A stretch of 60,035 nt of DNA from Promethearchaeati archaeon (GCA_013166835.1 JABLTI010000004.1:1-60035); one strand, 5' to 3'; shown: positions 28,160 to 38,925, numbered from the stretch's first letter. Numbers and translations: made by a program. The notes: a model not told the origin generated them from the letters alone.

Positions 28160-31024
28160 TTATAATTGTACCTCAAGTGAAACTGCTGATTTCTTCTTGA
28201 AAAGTAATATTGTAGATACAACTGTTAATGCTATAGTTCCAATTCCTAGTATGATTGTTGTAGAATCCATTTGAATCAGATTACTTTGAGTGCCCCTTAA
28301 ATGATATATAATAGAACTAGAGTTTCCTGACGTATAAATCTTAAATTTGAAATAATTATCTGTAATTTCCAATTCACTTTCTTCAGTAATAATTATTTCA
28401 TTTTGATATAACTCCCATTCTGCATAATTTAACCAATCATTTTTTCTCCCGAGAGTGATCTCTAGACCATCATAGAGTAAATTATTGATATTTAATGAAA
28501 TCTCTATAATGATTTCTGACTTTACAGTTTCTACTTTATATGTTGGTACAGGTTTTCTTGTTTCAAGAAGTAAAATATCGAAATCAGCAGAGATATTTGA
28601 TACATCTCTAGTCCAAGTAATGATATCAATTGGTGTTATGTTTGCAGTTATGTTAGCTGATTGCGTCATTATAACTGCAGAGATTGGATCATATTCAGAT
28701 GGGATATTAATATACCAATTTGTTCCCACTGTTGGGTAATCAATGTTAAAAACAAAATATGTTGTTTCATTGTTATTTGAATCAAAATGATTGGAATTTC
28801 CCAGATTTGCTTGTCTTGGAATATCACTGAGTTCTATATTTATACTTTTAGAGGTTTGAAGGAATTCAATCTCACTTATTATTACATAGCTAGTAATATT
28901 TAAAGTATTAAACTGGTAAATCGGTGAAATAAAGTATAATATTGAAGCAAATCCGCTTGAATTCGTCCAGGTTTCCAAATATGGACTATTATTTATGTCA
29001 AATTTAATTTCTACATCTGAAACAGGAATTGATGTATTATCTTCTACGTATGCATTTATTGTGATAGTTTCACTTGGGTATCCTGTTTCTGGAGCATACA
29101 GTATCAAATCGAAATCTGTAAAGACTATTGTAACCTCTATAATTAGAAAAGCTGTAGCATAGTTATTTCTGCTAGCTTGAATTGTCAGAAAATATATTCC
29201 AGGAGTAGCTTCATCATTTAATACATTTGCATCGTATTTTTTCAGTGGATTCTGTAGTAAACTACCTATTCCATAATCCCAGGAGTAATCAACTGTTGCA
29301 AAATCAATTGAATCACTAATTTCTATATCAAGATAATCAATTTCGACAACAAAATTCTGTTTATAATTTACCGTAATTTGATTTTGTGTTGGAGTGATTT
29401 TAGTAGGGATTGAAGTTATGTCAAAATTTAATTCACCAATACCAGCTCTATCCAAAATTTTCCAGAACACAATAACTTTGTAAGTAGCTCTTGGTAAAGA
29501 GCTATTGAAATTAACATCTGTGAAGCTTGTAGCACCATTAATGTCTGAGATATTAGAATTTGAATAGATAGTATTTTCTTCTACATCTATTACGAAGATC
29601 TCAACATCTTCCTGGTAAATTCTAGATTCAATTACTACGTTCAACACTTCGTTATGAGTAATTTGATAGTCTGATAAAATCATGTTATCAATTAGATTAT
29701 CAGATATAAATCGGAATTCAACATGATTATAAAGTAAACAAGAAAAGATTATTTGTTGATGTGTTGAATTTTCCAGATTGCTAATATAATTTGTATCTAT
29801 ATCATCAACCAAAATTTGATCTATAATCCAATCTTTTGATATTGAGATGCTCAGTGTTATGTTATTTATACTAAGAGGTGTTATATAAGATTCATTTGAA
29901 GTTTCAATCCACAAGATTTCATCCCAATTATTAAATTCACTAATCCTTTTACTGGTGCATTTACCTACACCTAGAATTGAATAACTACAATCGTAAAAAA
30001 TTTGCTCAGTAGAAGTATATTGAATAATATATTCTAATTGTGAAGATGGTTGATTGTAAAGAGAAATCGTGCCACTCCCAAAATTACCATTTACTTGTTG
30101 TGAATTAATTACTAAACTTATGTCTGAAGGAGAAACATTATCAGTTAAGGAAATATCATCCATAATGAATTCCATTTGATATGGAATCTCACCCCAAGTC
30201 TCCACAGCTAAGCTTCTTAATTGATCTGGTTTTTGACTAAATAGTTCCAAACCTAATGCAGTTATGTTTAATGAATACTCATGATTTGTTCCATCAAACG
30301 TTGCTTCATTAATTAATAAATCAGCATAACCTCCTGGACCAGTTACGTTGGATAAAACCCCTAGATTCCCATCAAACCAAATGAATATATAAAGATCAAA
30401 TTGGAAAAATAAACGAATGCAAATATTTGAATCATAACTAGAACCAAGATTATTACGTAATAATGAATATGAGAAACTGAAAATTACTGAGTCACTATAG
30501 ACATCTATTGGATCATCAAAACCAACTATTGTAGTGTGATCATTAGAGACAACATCAAAATACCAAGAATAATTTCCATCAATAACATCACCATTCGGAG
30601 GATTGCTTTCTCTTGTTACATTTCCATCATAATGTGAAGGAATGTAATCAGTCCACAATGTGTCTTCTGATTCAGCATTTCCATTGTTTATTTTCTGACT
30701 TCTTAAATCAGAAAATTGAAAAGTACTATTAAGAGCCCAATCGTCACATTTGTCTATAGTTATTGAGTCAATGGATTCATTAATATCATTGCTATATTGA
30801 AACTCTCTATTGAATGTGCTCGACTCAGAATTATCCAAAGTATTTGTTGCCAAGTGATCACTTATAATTTGTTGATCCAACTGCTTTAGGTTCTGTATAG
30901 GATCAAACTGAAAAGAATCTTCAGGAATGAAATTATTCTCATAATAGTGGATTCCCTGAATATATGATGTACTTAGAAAGACCAGAATTGTCACAATGGT
31001 AAGGAATTGTTTTGTTTTCTTCAT
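28160..31024 (-). CDS. large cell-surface protein with Ig-like beta domains and a C-terminal TM anchor
   Basis: Signal peptide, N/S/T/I-rich beta patterns, many N-x-S/T sequons, TM followed by KKK. Confidence 0.75.
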   Translation of the reverse strand: MKKTKQFLTIVTILVFLSTSYIQGIHYYENNFIPEDSFQFDPIQNLKQLDQQIISDHLATNTLDNSESSTFNREFQYSNDINESIDSITIDKCDDWALNSTFQFSDLRSQKINNGNAESEDTLWTDYIPSHYDGNVTRESNPPNGDVIDGNYSWYFDVVSNDHTTIVGFDDPIDVYSDSVIFSFSYSLLRNNLGSSYDSNICIRLFFQFDLYIFIWFDGNLGVLSNVTGPGGYADLLINEATFDGTNHEYSLNITALGLELFSQKPDQLRSLAVETWGEIPYQMEFIMDDISLTDNVSPSDISLVINSQQVNGNFGSGTISLYNQPSSQLEYIIQYTSTEQIFYDCSYSILGVGKCTSKRISEFNNWDEILWIETSNESYITPLSINNITLSISISKDWIIDQILVDDIDTNYISNLENSTHQQIIFSCLLYNHVEFRFISDNLIDNMILSDYQITHNEVLNVVIESRIYQEDVEIFVIDVEENTIYSNSNISDINGATSFTDVNFNSSLPRATYKVIVFWKILDRAGIGELNFDITSIPTKITPTQNQITVNYKQNFVVEIDYLDIEISDSIDFATVDYSWDYGIGSLLQNPLKKYDANVLNDEATPGIYFLTIQASRNNYATAFLIIEVTIVFTDFDLILYAPETGYPSETITINAYVEDNTSIPVSDVEIKFDINNSPYLETWTNSSGFASILYFISPIYQFNTLNITSYVIISEIEFLQTSKSINIELSDIPRQANLGNSNHFDSNNNETTYFVFNIDYPTVGTNWYINIPSEYDPISAVIMTQSANITANITPIDIITWTRDVSNISADFDILLLETRKPVPTYKVETVKSEIIIEISLNINNLLYDGLEITLGRKNDWLNYAEWELYQNEIIITEESELEITDNYFKFKIYTSGNSSSIIYHLRGTQSNLIQMDSTTIILGIGTIALTVVSTILLFKKKSAVSLEVQL

Positions 31025-31222
31025 TTGATCTCAACTCAATGACCATAATGAGAAAAAATAACAGAGATTGTTTACTCTCGATATTTTTCAAGTAACTATT
31101 CTAAAGAAACTATAAAAACACCCGTAGAAACAACTTGACACCTTAAATTGTGATTTAAAATATTGAAGAAATTTCCACATGTTATCACGCTTTATATATT
31201 ATTAAGTAAACGGATATATTGA

Positions 31223-31960
31223 GTGAGAAAAATGACTATAAAACTAGAAATAGAAGGAAATAAAAATTTCAAAGATAATACGTTTATTACTGGATTTCAT
31301 GGAATTGGAACAACTGGTTTTATTGCTGTGAAATATGTTGTTAATGAGCTTCAAGCAGAAAAAATTGGAACTATAATTAGTGATTTCTTACCACCCTTTG
31401 TTACAACAAAAGATGGTAAATTGTCTTTGCCTTTTGAGTTTTTTCAGTTTGAGGATAATATCATGTTAGTTCCTCAGTTTCAACCATATCGTCATGAACA
31501 TAAAGAATTTGCAGAAAAACTTGTTGATTGGACTATTCAATCTAAATTCCAACAATCGATTCTTATTGGAGGTTTAGATTCAAGATTAAAAAAAGAAGAA
31601 GATGAAAAAATCCGTGTAGTAGCTACATCTGCTTATTTAGAGAGCAATGATTTGGAATTACCTCTATTAGAAGATGGATTATTTGTAACAGGTCCAATTG
31701 CATTAATGTTAGCATATTATGAAGTCAGCAATTTTCCAGCAATTGCATTATTACCATATGCTGAAAGCTCTCGAGCAGATCCTTTAGCAGCATCAATTGC
31801 AGTAGAGTTAGTGAATAAAGTAACCAAACTAAAAATTGATACGAATAAATTAGTGCAAGATGCTGAACTAATTGAACGTAATTTACAAGAAGTAATAACC
31901 CAGACTAAAAGTCAGGATATTGATGAAAAAGAACAAGGCGCAAAAAGATTGTTTATATAA
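31223..31960 (+). CDS. PAC2-family proteasome assembly chaperone
   Basis: ITGFHGIGTTGFIA, IGGLD, VTGPIALML, DPLAA. Confidence 0.85.
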   Translation: MRKMTIKLEIEGNKNFKDNTFITGFHGIGTTGFIAVKYVVNELQAEKIGTIISDFLPPFVTTKDGKLSLPFEFFQFEDNIMLVPQFQPYRHEHKEFAEKLVDWTIQSKFQQSILIGGLDSRLKKEEDEKIRVVATSAYLESNDLELPLLEDGLFVTGPIALMLAYYEVSNFPAIALLPYAESSRADPLAASIAVELVNKVTKLKIDTNKLVQDAELIERNLQEVITQTKSQDIDEKEQGAKRLFI

Positions 31961-31962
31961 AT

Positions 31963-32604
31963 TCACAATACAAGTAGTAAAATCCCCTTAGCAATAAAGA
32001 ATGAACAAACATATGCTATAGTTGTAAATATAATTGTTTTAAAATTAATCTTACCAAATCCTATATCGGAAATAAAATAAATTGATGATATTGCAATAAA
32101 ATAAAGAGAAAACGGCATTATATTCAATGTTGATTGACTTATAGTTATATTTCTAAAAATAGCAACAAATGTTACAAATAATGGAGCTAAACCTGCTAGG
32201 ATTCCCAAGAAAATAGATGTAGCGGAACCAAGGAATAGCGTCTTATATCTTTGAGCTTTTAGGATTGAATTACGTTTTTCCATTAATTTCCTATTTGTCT
32301 CTAGATTATCAGCAATCTCGAGTATTTTCTCACCGGTTTCATATGAACTAATTCCCATTAGTTTTGATAACAAGAGCCAAACTCTCGAAAGTGATTTATC
32401 TTCGGTATAATCAGCTAATTTCACTAAGAGTTCTTTATATCCTAATCCTAAATTCAATAACTTTATCCAATTTTCTTTATTTTGATTATTTTCTTGGAGG
32501 TTTTTTATTGCTAAAAAAATACTATTTTCAATACTCCGCCCTAATATTAAATTATTAGCAATTGTTTTGAGTAAAAATATTACTTCTTCATTTGTTAAAG
32601 CCAT
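31963..32604 (-). CDS. TadC/T2SS-F-like pilus platform protein
   Basis: L.LGRSIENSI helix, C-terminal TMs, co-oriented with the secretion ATPase. Confidence 0.6.
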   Translation of the reverse strand: MALTNEEVIFLLKTIANNLILGRSIENSIFLAIKNLQENNQNKENWIKLLNLGLGYKELLVKLADYTEDKSLSRVWLLLSKLMGISSYETGEKILEIADNLETNRKLMEKRNSILKAQRYKTLFLGSATSIFLGILAGLAPLFVTFVAIFRNITISQSTLNIMPFSLYFIAISSIYFISDIGFGKINFKTIIFTTIAYVCSFFIAKGILLLVL

Positions 32605-32609
32605 CTTGA

Positions 32610-33425
32610 TTAACCTCCGAGTAATTCAACTTTGCCACTATTAAATATCTCAACAGCAATTAGATCAAAAACTAAGAAAACTAATGGTAGAAAAACCAAC
32701 ATACTTACGTTAATATAACCCATTATTACAAGAAGCATTGAAACAGTAATTGGGATGATTGTAGTTATTGCAAGAAACAAACTCATTTTACCTTCTAATT
32801 GAGACATATAGGAATCAAAGTTTTTTCTAATACGCCATTGTGCTTCGAAATTCTTTGTTTTATCAATAGTAAGTTGACCATTAGCAATTGGAACTATTAA
32901 TTCAAGAATAAATTCTTTAATGGTTTCTGAAGGTTGTTTTAATGCAAATGTTTGTAATAAGGAAATTGGAGAGTCACCGATATTCATTCTTTGAATTAGT
33001 TGTGTTATCATAGGTGAAATAATAGGATAAGATCCTTGTGCTAAATATTCAATAACCATTGAAAGAGAATTTGTTGTCGATAAAATAAGTAGTATTTCAC
33101 GACAAATCAAATCCGAATTTTGTTCAACTTCCAAGATTTTTTCGAAGTATATCTTTCTAATTTTTCTTAGCAAAAACAAAATTATTGCTAATATTACAAT
33201 GATAAATATCAATAGGCTAAATACTGCATTGAAAAATAGAACGCCACAGGAAACTATTGTTGCCAAAATTAATGAAAACAAAATTATTGCACCATTAATA
33301 TTGCTTCTTTTTATACCATAATTATCAACGAAGTATTCATTAGGTATGTCTTCTAAGAATTTATTGTACCTTATTTTTTTGCAGAGGTTTGTTTTTGCTA
33401 ATGGAATAATGATTTTTTCAATCAT
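32610..33425 (-). CDS. TadB/T2SS-F-like pilus platform protein
   Basis: TM pair, RMNIGDSP..LL.......PS motif, C-terminal TMs. Confidence 0.65.
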   Translation of the reverse strand: MIEKIIIPLAKTNLCKKIRYNKFLEDIPNEYFVDNYGIKRSNINGAIILFSLILATIVSCGVLFFNAVFSLLIFIIVILAIILFLLRKIRKIYFEKILEVEQNSDLICREILLILSTTNSLSMVIEYLAQGSYPIISPMITQLIQRMNIGDSPISLLQTFALKQPSETIKEFILELIVPIANGQLTIDKTKNFEAQWRIRKNFDSYMSQLEGKMSLFLAITTIIPITVSMLLVIMGYINVSMLVFLPLVFLVFDLIAVEIFNSGKVELLGG

Positions 33426-33501
33426 ATGGTATCACATTTTAGAAATTAGCACTCAATTATTAGTAAGAAGGAATGCATTTAAGCATCTATAATTAGAAAA
33501 A

Positions 33502-35001
33502 CTAAGTTAAAGATTTATTAGATATTTTTTCCTTTTTTGAAAGTAATTTACTCTGATCATACAATAAATAGTTCATAACTTTAACTGGATCAAAGATTTT
33601 GTTTTTCAATAAATTTTCGAGTTTTTTCTTAATATTATCCATTTCACTTTCAAATTTAGCTCTACTTATTTTCTCTTTCTGTCTTATCATATTTAGTGTG
33701 GGAGTTTCAAATAAATCGTGATTTTTTGTTAAACAATCACCCTTTAGATCAAAACGAAATGTTTCAAATAAATCAATGTCACTTAATGAGCTGATAATTT
33801 GTTTGCTAAATAATGGTTCTTTTGAAATTTCAACGATACGAAAGACATTTCTTTTTATCCTCCAATCTTCAAAGAAACAATTGACTTCTATCAAAATATC
33901 AAGTGTCAAGATACTCGATAAAGGTATTTCGTGTTGATTTATCCATCTTAAAATCATCATTTCAGCAGATCTACCATGACATGTTTGAATACCAACTAAA
34001 CCAGCACTAAGTGCTTCAAATAGAGCTTTACTGTGTTCAGCTGTTTGGATTTCCCCCAAAAACACCCAATTTGGTGATCTATGAAGTAGTTTTATTATTT
34101 CCTGGCTTTTTGAGTTCTTACTCATTTTTGTTTCAAAAGGAGAAACAGAATATCTAGTTTGAAATTTCTTGAAGCGGGTTTGTTCAATACTTTCTATAAC
34201 ATCTTCAACAGTAATTTTCCGCCATTCTGGAGGAGTTAAAAGATCTATTGCATTTGCTAAAGTAGTTTTTCCCGAACCAGGTTCGCCAATAATTGTAATA
34301 TTATATCTTCTCTTAAGAATAAAGAGTAAATAAGCTGTAGCTTCTATTGAAAGCATGTTTTTTTGTATTAATTCAGGTAAAGTCCAAATTTTATTTCTAA
34401 GTTTTCTAATATTCATACTCATACCATCAGAAGCAAGAGGAGGAATATCAATAGCAGCACGAATGTGAAAACTATTTGTTTTTAATTCGACTTTTAAAGA
34501 TGGATTTAGTATATTTAAAACAACATCTTTCTCTAGACACAATCTTGTTTTAAATTGATTTAGTTCTTCCTCAGATAAAATGATATTAGTAATACAACGA
34601 CCAAAGTCTTGATGATCCAAATATAATGGAGTATTTGGTTTGTCAAGATAGATTTCTTGAACACGATCATCAATTAATAATGGCATTAATCTTTCTAAGC
34701 CTATTATTTTGTAAGACATCCAATCTCTTATGAAGGTAAATAATTTTGAATTATCAAAAGAATAAGTTTTTAATTTCTCCTCAATAGATCCCTGTAAATT
34801 CTTGAGTAAAAACTGTAAATCAACAACCTCTAAATCCAAAAATCCTTTATCATTAAGTATTTGTTTCTCAATTGTATTTGTCAAAGAAAAATACTTTGAT
34901 GTATCAAAAACAACCTCAGTAGTATAAAATTGTCTATCTAATTTATCCTTACCAATTTGGATTTTATAAGGAGGAACAAGATATTTATCTTGAATGCTCA
35001 T
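33502..35001 (-). CDS. type II/IV secretion (CpaF/TadA/FlaI-like) ATPase
   Basis: PLLIDDRVQEI, IRK, GEPGSGKTT, TVED, LHRSP...GEI, TCHG. Confidence 0.9.
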   Translation of the reverse strand: MSIQDKYLVPPYKIQIGKDKLDRQFYTTEVVFDTSKYFSLTNTIEKQILNDKGFLDLEVVDLQFLLKNLQGSIEEKLKTYSFDNSKLFTFIRDWMSYKIIGLERLMPLLIDDRVQEIYLDKPNTPLYLDHQDFGRCITNIILSEEELNQFKTRLCLEKDVVLNILNPSLKVELKTNSFHIRAAIDIPPLASDGMSMNIRKLRNKIWTLPELIQKNMLSIEATAYLLFILKRRYNITIIGEPGSGKTTLANAIDLLTPPEWRKITVEDVIESIEQTRFKKFQTRYSVSPFETKMSKNSKSQEIIKLLHRSPNWVFLGEIQTAEHSKALFEALSAGLVGIQTCHGRSAEMMILRWINQHEIPLSSILTLDILIEVNCFFEDWRIKRNVFRIVEISKEPLFSKQIISSLSDIDLFETFRFDLKGDCLTKNHDLFETPTLNMIRQKEKISRAKFESEMDNIKKKLENLLKNKIFDPVKVMNYLLYDQSKLLSKKEKISNKSLT

Positions 35002-35031
35002 AACTAATCCTCCTTATGTTAAAAAGAAATA

Positions 35032-36090
35032 CTAAAAAAGCATCGGAAATCGAGATTCGGGTTCATCGATTTCTGAATCGCTTTCAGGAACGATTTCTTT
35101 TATCTTTTCAATTAATTTCTCTTTCAGTACAGTTCTATGATGATCACGAATTGAATATTCGGCTACATTGCATATATCAGCTAGAGCTTTTTGAGTCAAA
35201 ATTTGTCTATGCGCGCTTATTTTTCCGATTATCCGATCTGCACAGTAAACAACGGATACTGCGAAGATATATGGATTTCTTCCGCCTCTTGCTCTAAGAT
35301 TAGTTTCGCAAAGAATCTCCCTGGATAATTGTATAAGTTTATTTTCATATTCCTTCTTATTAACTTCAAGTTGTTTAAGTCGTCCACAGACTTCTAGGTT
35401 CTCGACTATTGATGAAGTGATTCGTTGTAAATAATCTTCACTTTTTCGAATTTTTAAGGAGACACCTAATTCTGAGGGAAGTATTTGTGCTAGCTTCACG
35501 ATAGATTTTCCACTTACTCGATGACCAAGATCCTTAAAAATATTAACGATTTCGCTTAACCGAATTGGGGCATTCGAAGCAGACTCTCTTATTGAAACCA
35601 TTAAACATAAAGCTACTAGAACAATATGATTAGAAATTTTGTTTATTTTCTTACTGTTCTCCGCAGTAGTAACTATTTTGTACAAATACGCAGCTCTCTT
35701 CTTTACTCCGTCAGATATTCCGAGATATCCAGATACCCGATTAAGACTCATAAGTGATCTATAATCTGTCTCATGATTTCCTATCTTAATCCTCAGATTG
35801 TATTTTCTTTTTAGTTTTCTGAATTTGTATTGTTCCTTAGATGGTAAGATAGATCCTTTACCGTCATGAAAATAACCATCATTGTGATAACCTATATAGC
35901 TTCCAAGGCCATCAACAATATGAACTCTCTTGCCAGGAGACATTTCATGATCCCAAGGGATATGAGAATCGTTTTTTTCCGAAATTATTACAGAATTATT
36001 AACGACACCACAATCAGAACAAACTAATTCACCTCTCGTTTGTATAAGAGGGCCATTACAATGTTTGCATAATCCATTATTCTTTTCCAA
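35032..36090 (-). CDS. tfb: divergent transcription initiation factor IIB paralog
   Basis: CKHC...GELVCSDCG Zn ribbon, two cyclin folds, GRNP...A, TQK.LA....VAEYSIR. Confidence 0.8.
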   Translation of the reverse strand: MEKNNGLCKHCNGPLIQTRGELVCSDCGVVNNSVIISEKNDSHIPWDHEMSPGKRVHIVDGLGSYIGYHNDGYFHDGKGSILPSKEQYKFRKLKRKYNLRIKIGNHETDYRSLMSLNRVSGYLGISDGVKKRAAYLYKIVTTAENSKKINKISNHIVLVALCLMVSIRESASNAPIRLSEIVNIFKDLGHRVSGKSIVKLAQILPSELGVSLKIRKSEDYLQRITSSIVENLEVCGRLKQLEVNKKEYENKLIQLSREILCETNLRARGGRNPYIFAVSVVYCADRIIGKISAHRQILTQKALADICNVAEYSIRDHHRTVLKEKLIEKIKEIVPESDSEIDEPESRFPMLF

Positions 36091-36230
36091 TTTAAGAACA
36101 CCAAGATTATCAACACAAAAAATTCATTTTTACCTTCTTGAGTTAAAATATTCTCTTAAAATAAGATGACATTCTATTAATATGATAAAGAACAAGCTTA
36201 AGCTTATTCTCATATACCTAAATGTGGGGA

Positions 36231-36247
36231 AGATGACCGAAAGTATT
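36231..36247. promoter_or_regulatory. 17-bp motif AGATGACCGAAAGTATT, copy 2
   Basis: Identical to 19256-19272. Confidence 0.55.
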
Positions 36248-36265
36248 CCTGGAAGGAAGAATAGT

Positions 36266-36338
36266 GTTGGGTCAGATTTCTATTATAGGTCATCGCAATA
36301 AAGCATGCTCTTCCAAATGCCTTCCCATCATACCCAAC
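36266..36338 (-). ncRNA. box C/D methylation-guide sRNA
   Basis: Terminal stem GUUGGG/CCCAAC, box C-like AUGAUGG, C'-like CGAUGA, box D CUGA. The guide AAGGCAUUUGG is complementary to the LSU rRNA motif CCAAAUGCCUU (recalled from memory). Confidence 0.7.
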
Positions 36339-36394
36339 AATATAAAGTAGTATTAGGTGGAATAATAATATTCTTAAAACTAAAGAAAAAGTCT

Positions 36395-36589
36395 TCAGGG
36401 ATTCAAACCTTGAAGTTTTTCTGAGACATCTTGAAAAATGTTTTGTGTAAATCCAAGAATATCTGATACAATAGCAACTAAGAGAACAAAGGCAAACAAA
36501 GCAAGACCAATTAATATACCCTCCTCAATTAAGGGTGAAGCTCGATGATCCTTTTTTAGCTTCTTTAAAATAAATCGTCTTTTTCTCAT
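36395..36589 (-). CDS. Flp-like type IV pilin
   Basis: Basic leader, RA/SPLIE class III signal peptide with Glu at +5, hydrophobic helix; upstream of Tad-like genes. Confidence 0.75.
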   Translation of the reverse strand: MRKRRFILKKLKKDHRASPLIEEGILIGLALFAFVLLVAIVSDILGFTQNIFQDVSEKLQGLNP

Positions 36590-36656
36590 GATATTTCCTC
36601 AATAGAAATATCACATCTTATATTAAAAACACCACTTTTTTTAAAAAATAAATTAA

Positions 36657-36734
36657 TGGTGCCCCGACCGGGATTTGAACCCGAGTCCACGACTCGAGAG
36701 GCCGTGATGATTGACCGAACTACACTACCGGGGC
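36657..36734 (-). tRNA. tRNA-Glu(CUC)
   Basis: Cloverleaf GCCCCGG...TCGGGGC-A-CCA, anticodon loop CT-CTC-GA, T arm GGTTCAAATCCC. Confidence 0.95.
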
Positions 36735-36810
36735 ATAATATTATTTTATCACAAGTAATTATTTACATTAAATGATTTTCTATTATTGTGCAATTAGAAA
36801 GAAGGGAAGA

Positions 36811-37371
36811 TTAAGCACTTAACCTTGTTTCCCAATCCATAGCTTTTTCTAGGAGATCCTGTTTGTCACTCGCTTGAAAATCATTGTCTCCTTTTCTAAT
36901 TAAACCATTACCTATTCTACGAATTTCATAGAAAACACGGCTAAATGAAAAGCTTGATTCAATCTGTTCTAGAGCTTCGATTAAGATTTCTCCAGCTTCC
37001 TTGAATTTTTCCGATTCATTTATTTTCTTAGTTAAATCAACAAAAATAGGATGTTGTGCATCGGTCGTTGTAGTATATTGTGCAGCATCAGCAATTACTT
37101 CTTTTGTTGTTGTTTTAGCTTTTTCTTTTACAACTTTCTCAGCTGTTGGTTGTTTAGGCATTTTTTCGACTTTCGTTGAAAGAGTTTCTACTTTGTTACC
37201 AAGATTGGTTAATTGTGAATTTATATTAGTTAAACCAGTTCCAAGTCCATCAATTGAAAGATGGATATTTTCAACGGTTTTTTTTAACGAATCTAAAGTA
37301 GTATCAATCTTTGTTAGAACTTCTATCATTTGAGTAAATGTTTTTAGAAATACATCATCTTCACTTGACAT
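36811..37371 (-). CDS. coiled-coil hypothetical protein
   Basis: Heptad-rich N-terminus and helical C-terminal domain. Confidence 0.7.
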   Translation of the reverse strand: MSSEDDVFLKTFTQMIEVLTKIDTTLDSLKKTVENIHLSIDGLGTGLTNINSQLTNLGNKVETLSTKVEKMPKQPTAEKVVKEKAKTTTKEVIADAAQYTTTTDAQHPIFVDLTKKINESEKFKEAGEILIEALEQIESSFSFSRVFYEIRRIGNGLIRKGDNDFQASDKQDLLEKAMDWETRLSA

Positions 37372-37565
37372 TAAATCATCTCATATTCTTTTGTATATCA
37401 GAATAATTCGTTTCCATTATTATTTATTCCCATTTAGACATTTTTTGTTTTATAATCTAAGATTTGTCAGTTAAATCCACTCAAGAATACCGACACTTTT
37501 TTAATAAAAAAAATGTTATCTAATAATTAGTTCTAGAAATAAGAAATACATGTATTACAGAATGG

Positions 37566-38531
37566 GTGAAATCATTGTCAGGAATCCAAAAAAAAGTATC
37601 ACCTTTTACCAAGCATTTTGAGGCTAGAAAAGAAATCCTAGATTCATGGATAAAACATATGGAATTTAGAAGAAATCCTTTTTTGGGATTTACATTACCA
37701 AATCCAGAATTATTAGTGGAAATGTCTGAATTCCTTGAATCATTAGTAGATATTGTTGTATCAAATGAAAGACCTGCAATATTCTTGCGAGGTCCTGTAG
37801 GTGTCGGTAAATCAACTCATTTAATTTTAATTCGAAGAGACATACAAAATTTACAAGATCTAAATGGTAATGCCTTTAGAACTGCTTATATTGATAGATC
37901 AGGATTACACGCTCGACAATTTGCTAGATTATGCGCAATTGGTTTTAATGTGAAATTCAACAAAACTGATGATTCCGATGAAATAATGGATTCTGTAGGA
38001 AAAGACATTATAGAAAAATATGAAAAAGAAAAAATAAGATCAGTTTTGTTAGCTGAGGATATAAGTGAAAATCAACATGAGATTTTTAGTAAGCTTCAAT
38101 ATTTAGCTGATTTGAATGCAGAGAAAACTGAAGAACCAATTGCTACAATTATTATGACTGGAACTAGTGAATATTTCCAAGCATTAACTGCAGTTTTACC
38201 ACAGATAGCAGACAGAAGCGAACCAATAGACGTTCCCCGATTTGAATTGAAACATTCCCGTGAATTCATTGGAAGAAGAATAGCTTATGCAAAAGGGGAA
38301 ATCAGTAGTTTTGATATCAATGATTTTTCCATTTACCCTTTTGAGGAAGATGCTGCAAAGATTTTGGCTGATAGCTCACAAGGAATACCTAGAGATTTAA
38401 GATTGTTATGTAGAGCCGCGGTTAGCGTTACTGCAGATGATCTCTTACGAAAAGAAGGAAAAGGTGAAATTACTTACGAAATTGCAAAGGTTGTCTCAGA
38501 GTACTATCAATCTTTCTTAAGTGAAGTATAG
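37566..38531 (+). CDS. AAA+ ATPase (ExeA/Cdc6-like clade, no C-terminal wHTH evident)
   Basis: FRRNPF, Walker A GPVGVGKS, degenerate Walker B LLAED, IADR, YPF, GIPR sensor. Confidence 0.8.
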   Translation: MKSLSGIQKKVSPFTKHFEARKEILDSWIKHMEFRRNPFLGFTLPNPELLVEMSEFLESLVDIVVSNERPAIFLRGPVGVGKSTHLILIRRDIQNLQDLNGNAFRTAYIDRSGLHARQFARLCAIGFNVKFNKTDDSDEIMDSVGKDIIEKYEKEKIRSVLLAEDISENQHEIFSKLQYLADLNAEKTEEPIATIIMTGTSEYFQALTAVLPQIADRSEPIDVPRFELKHSREFIGRRIAYAKGEISSFDINDFSIYPFEEDAAKILADSSQGIPRDLRLLCRAAVSVTADDLLRKEGKGEITYEIAKVVSEYYQSFLSEV

Positions 38532-38595
38532 AATATCTGAGTAATATTTATATTTCATGTATTACAAGTATTAATTACAAAAGAAGGTAAATGAG

Positions 38596-38925
38596 ATGAG
38601 CTTGTTACAGAAATATAGAAAAGATGAAACCAGAAAAACTTCTACTGAAGAAGAAAGAAAAACAATTAAACAACCACCAAAGAAAGAAGAAAAACCCATA
38701 GCTCCAAAAGAAAGTGTAAAGAAAGCTGAAAGGAGAAAAGTTGAAGGTGGACCAGGTATAAGAAGTAGACCAGTGATCTCAGCTACCGTAAGATCAGAAC
38801 TAGTTGATGCATTAAACACTTTAACAGATGAAAAATATTTGAATAGATCAAAATTTATAGAAGATGCATTAATACGAACAATAAAAACGGAGTTTCCTGA
38901 TATAGCATCAAAATACGGATTCTAA
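38596..38925 (+). CDS. RHH DNA-binding protein with a disordered charged N-terminal tail
   Basis: PVISATVRSELVDALN......NRSKFIEDAL; about 55 aa K/E-rich tail. Confidence 0.8.
   Translation: MSLLQKYRKDETRKTSTEEERKTIKQPPKKEEKPIAPKESVKKAERRKVEGGPGIRSRPVISATVRSELVDALNTLTDEKYLNRSKFIEDALIRTIKTEFPDIASKYGF

Noticed and set aside
36227-36339. Plus-strand riboswitch or pseudoknot (GATGACC/GGTCATC crossing TGTTGGGT/ACCCAACA)
   Set aside because: Better explained by the minus-strand C/D sRNA and the separate 17-bp motif; no plus-strand gene lies downstream.
36657-36734. tRNA-Glu as the attachment site of an integrated element
   Set aside because: No integrase and no duplicated tRNA 3' end seen in the window.
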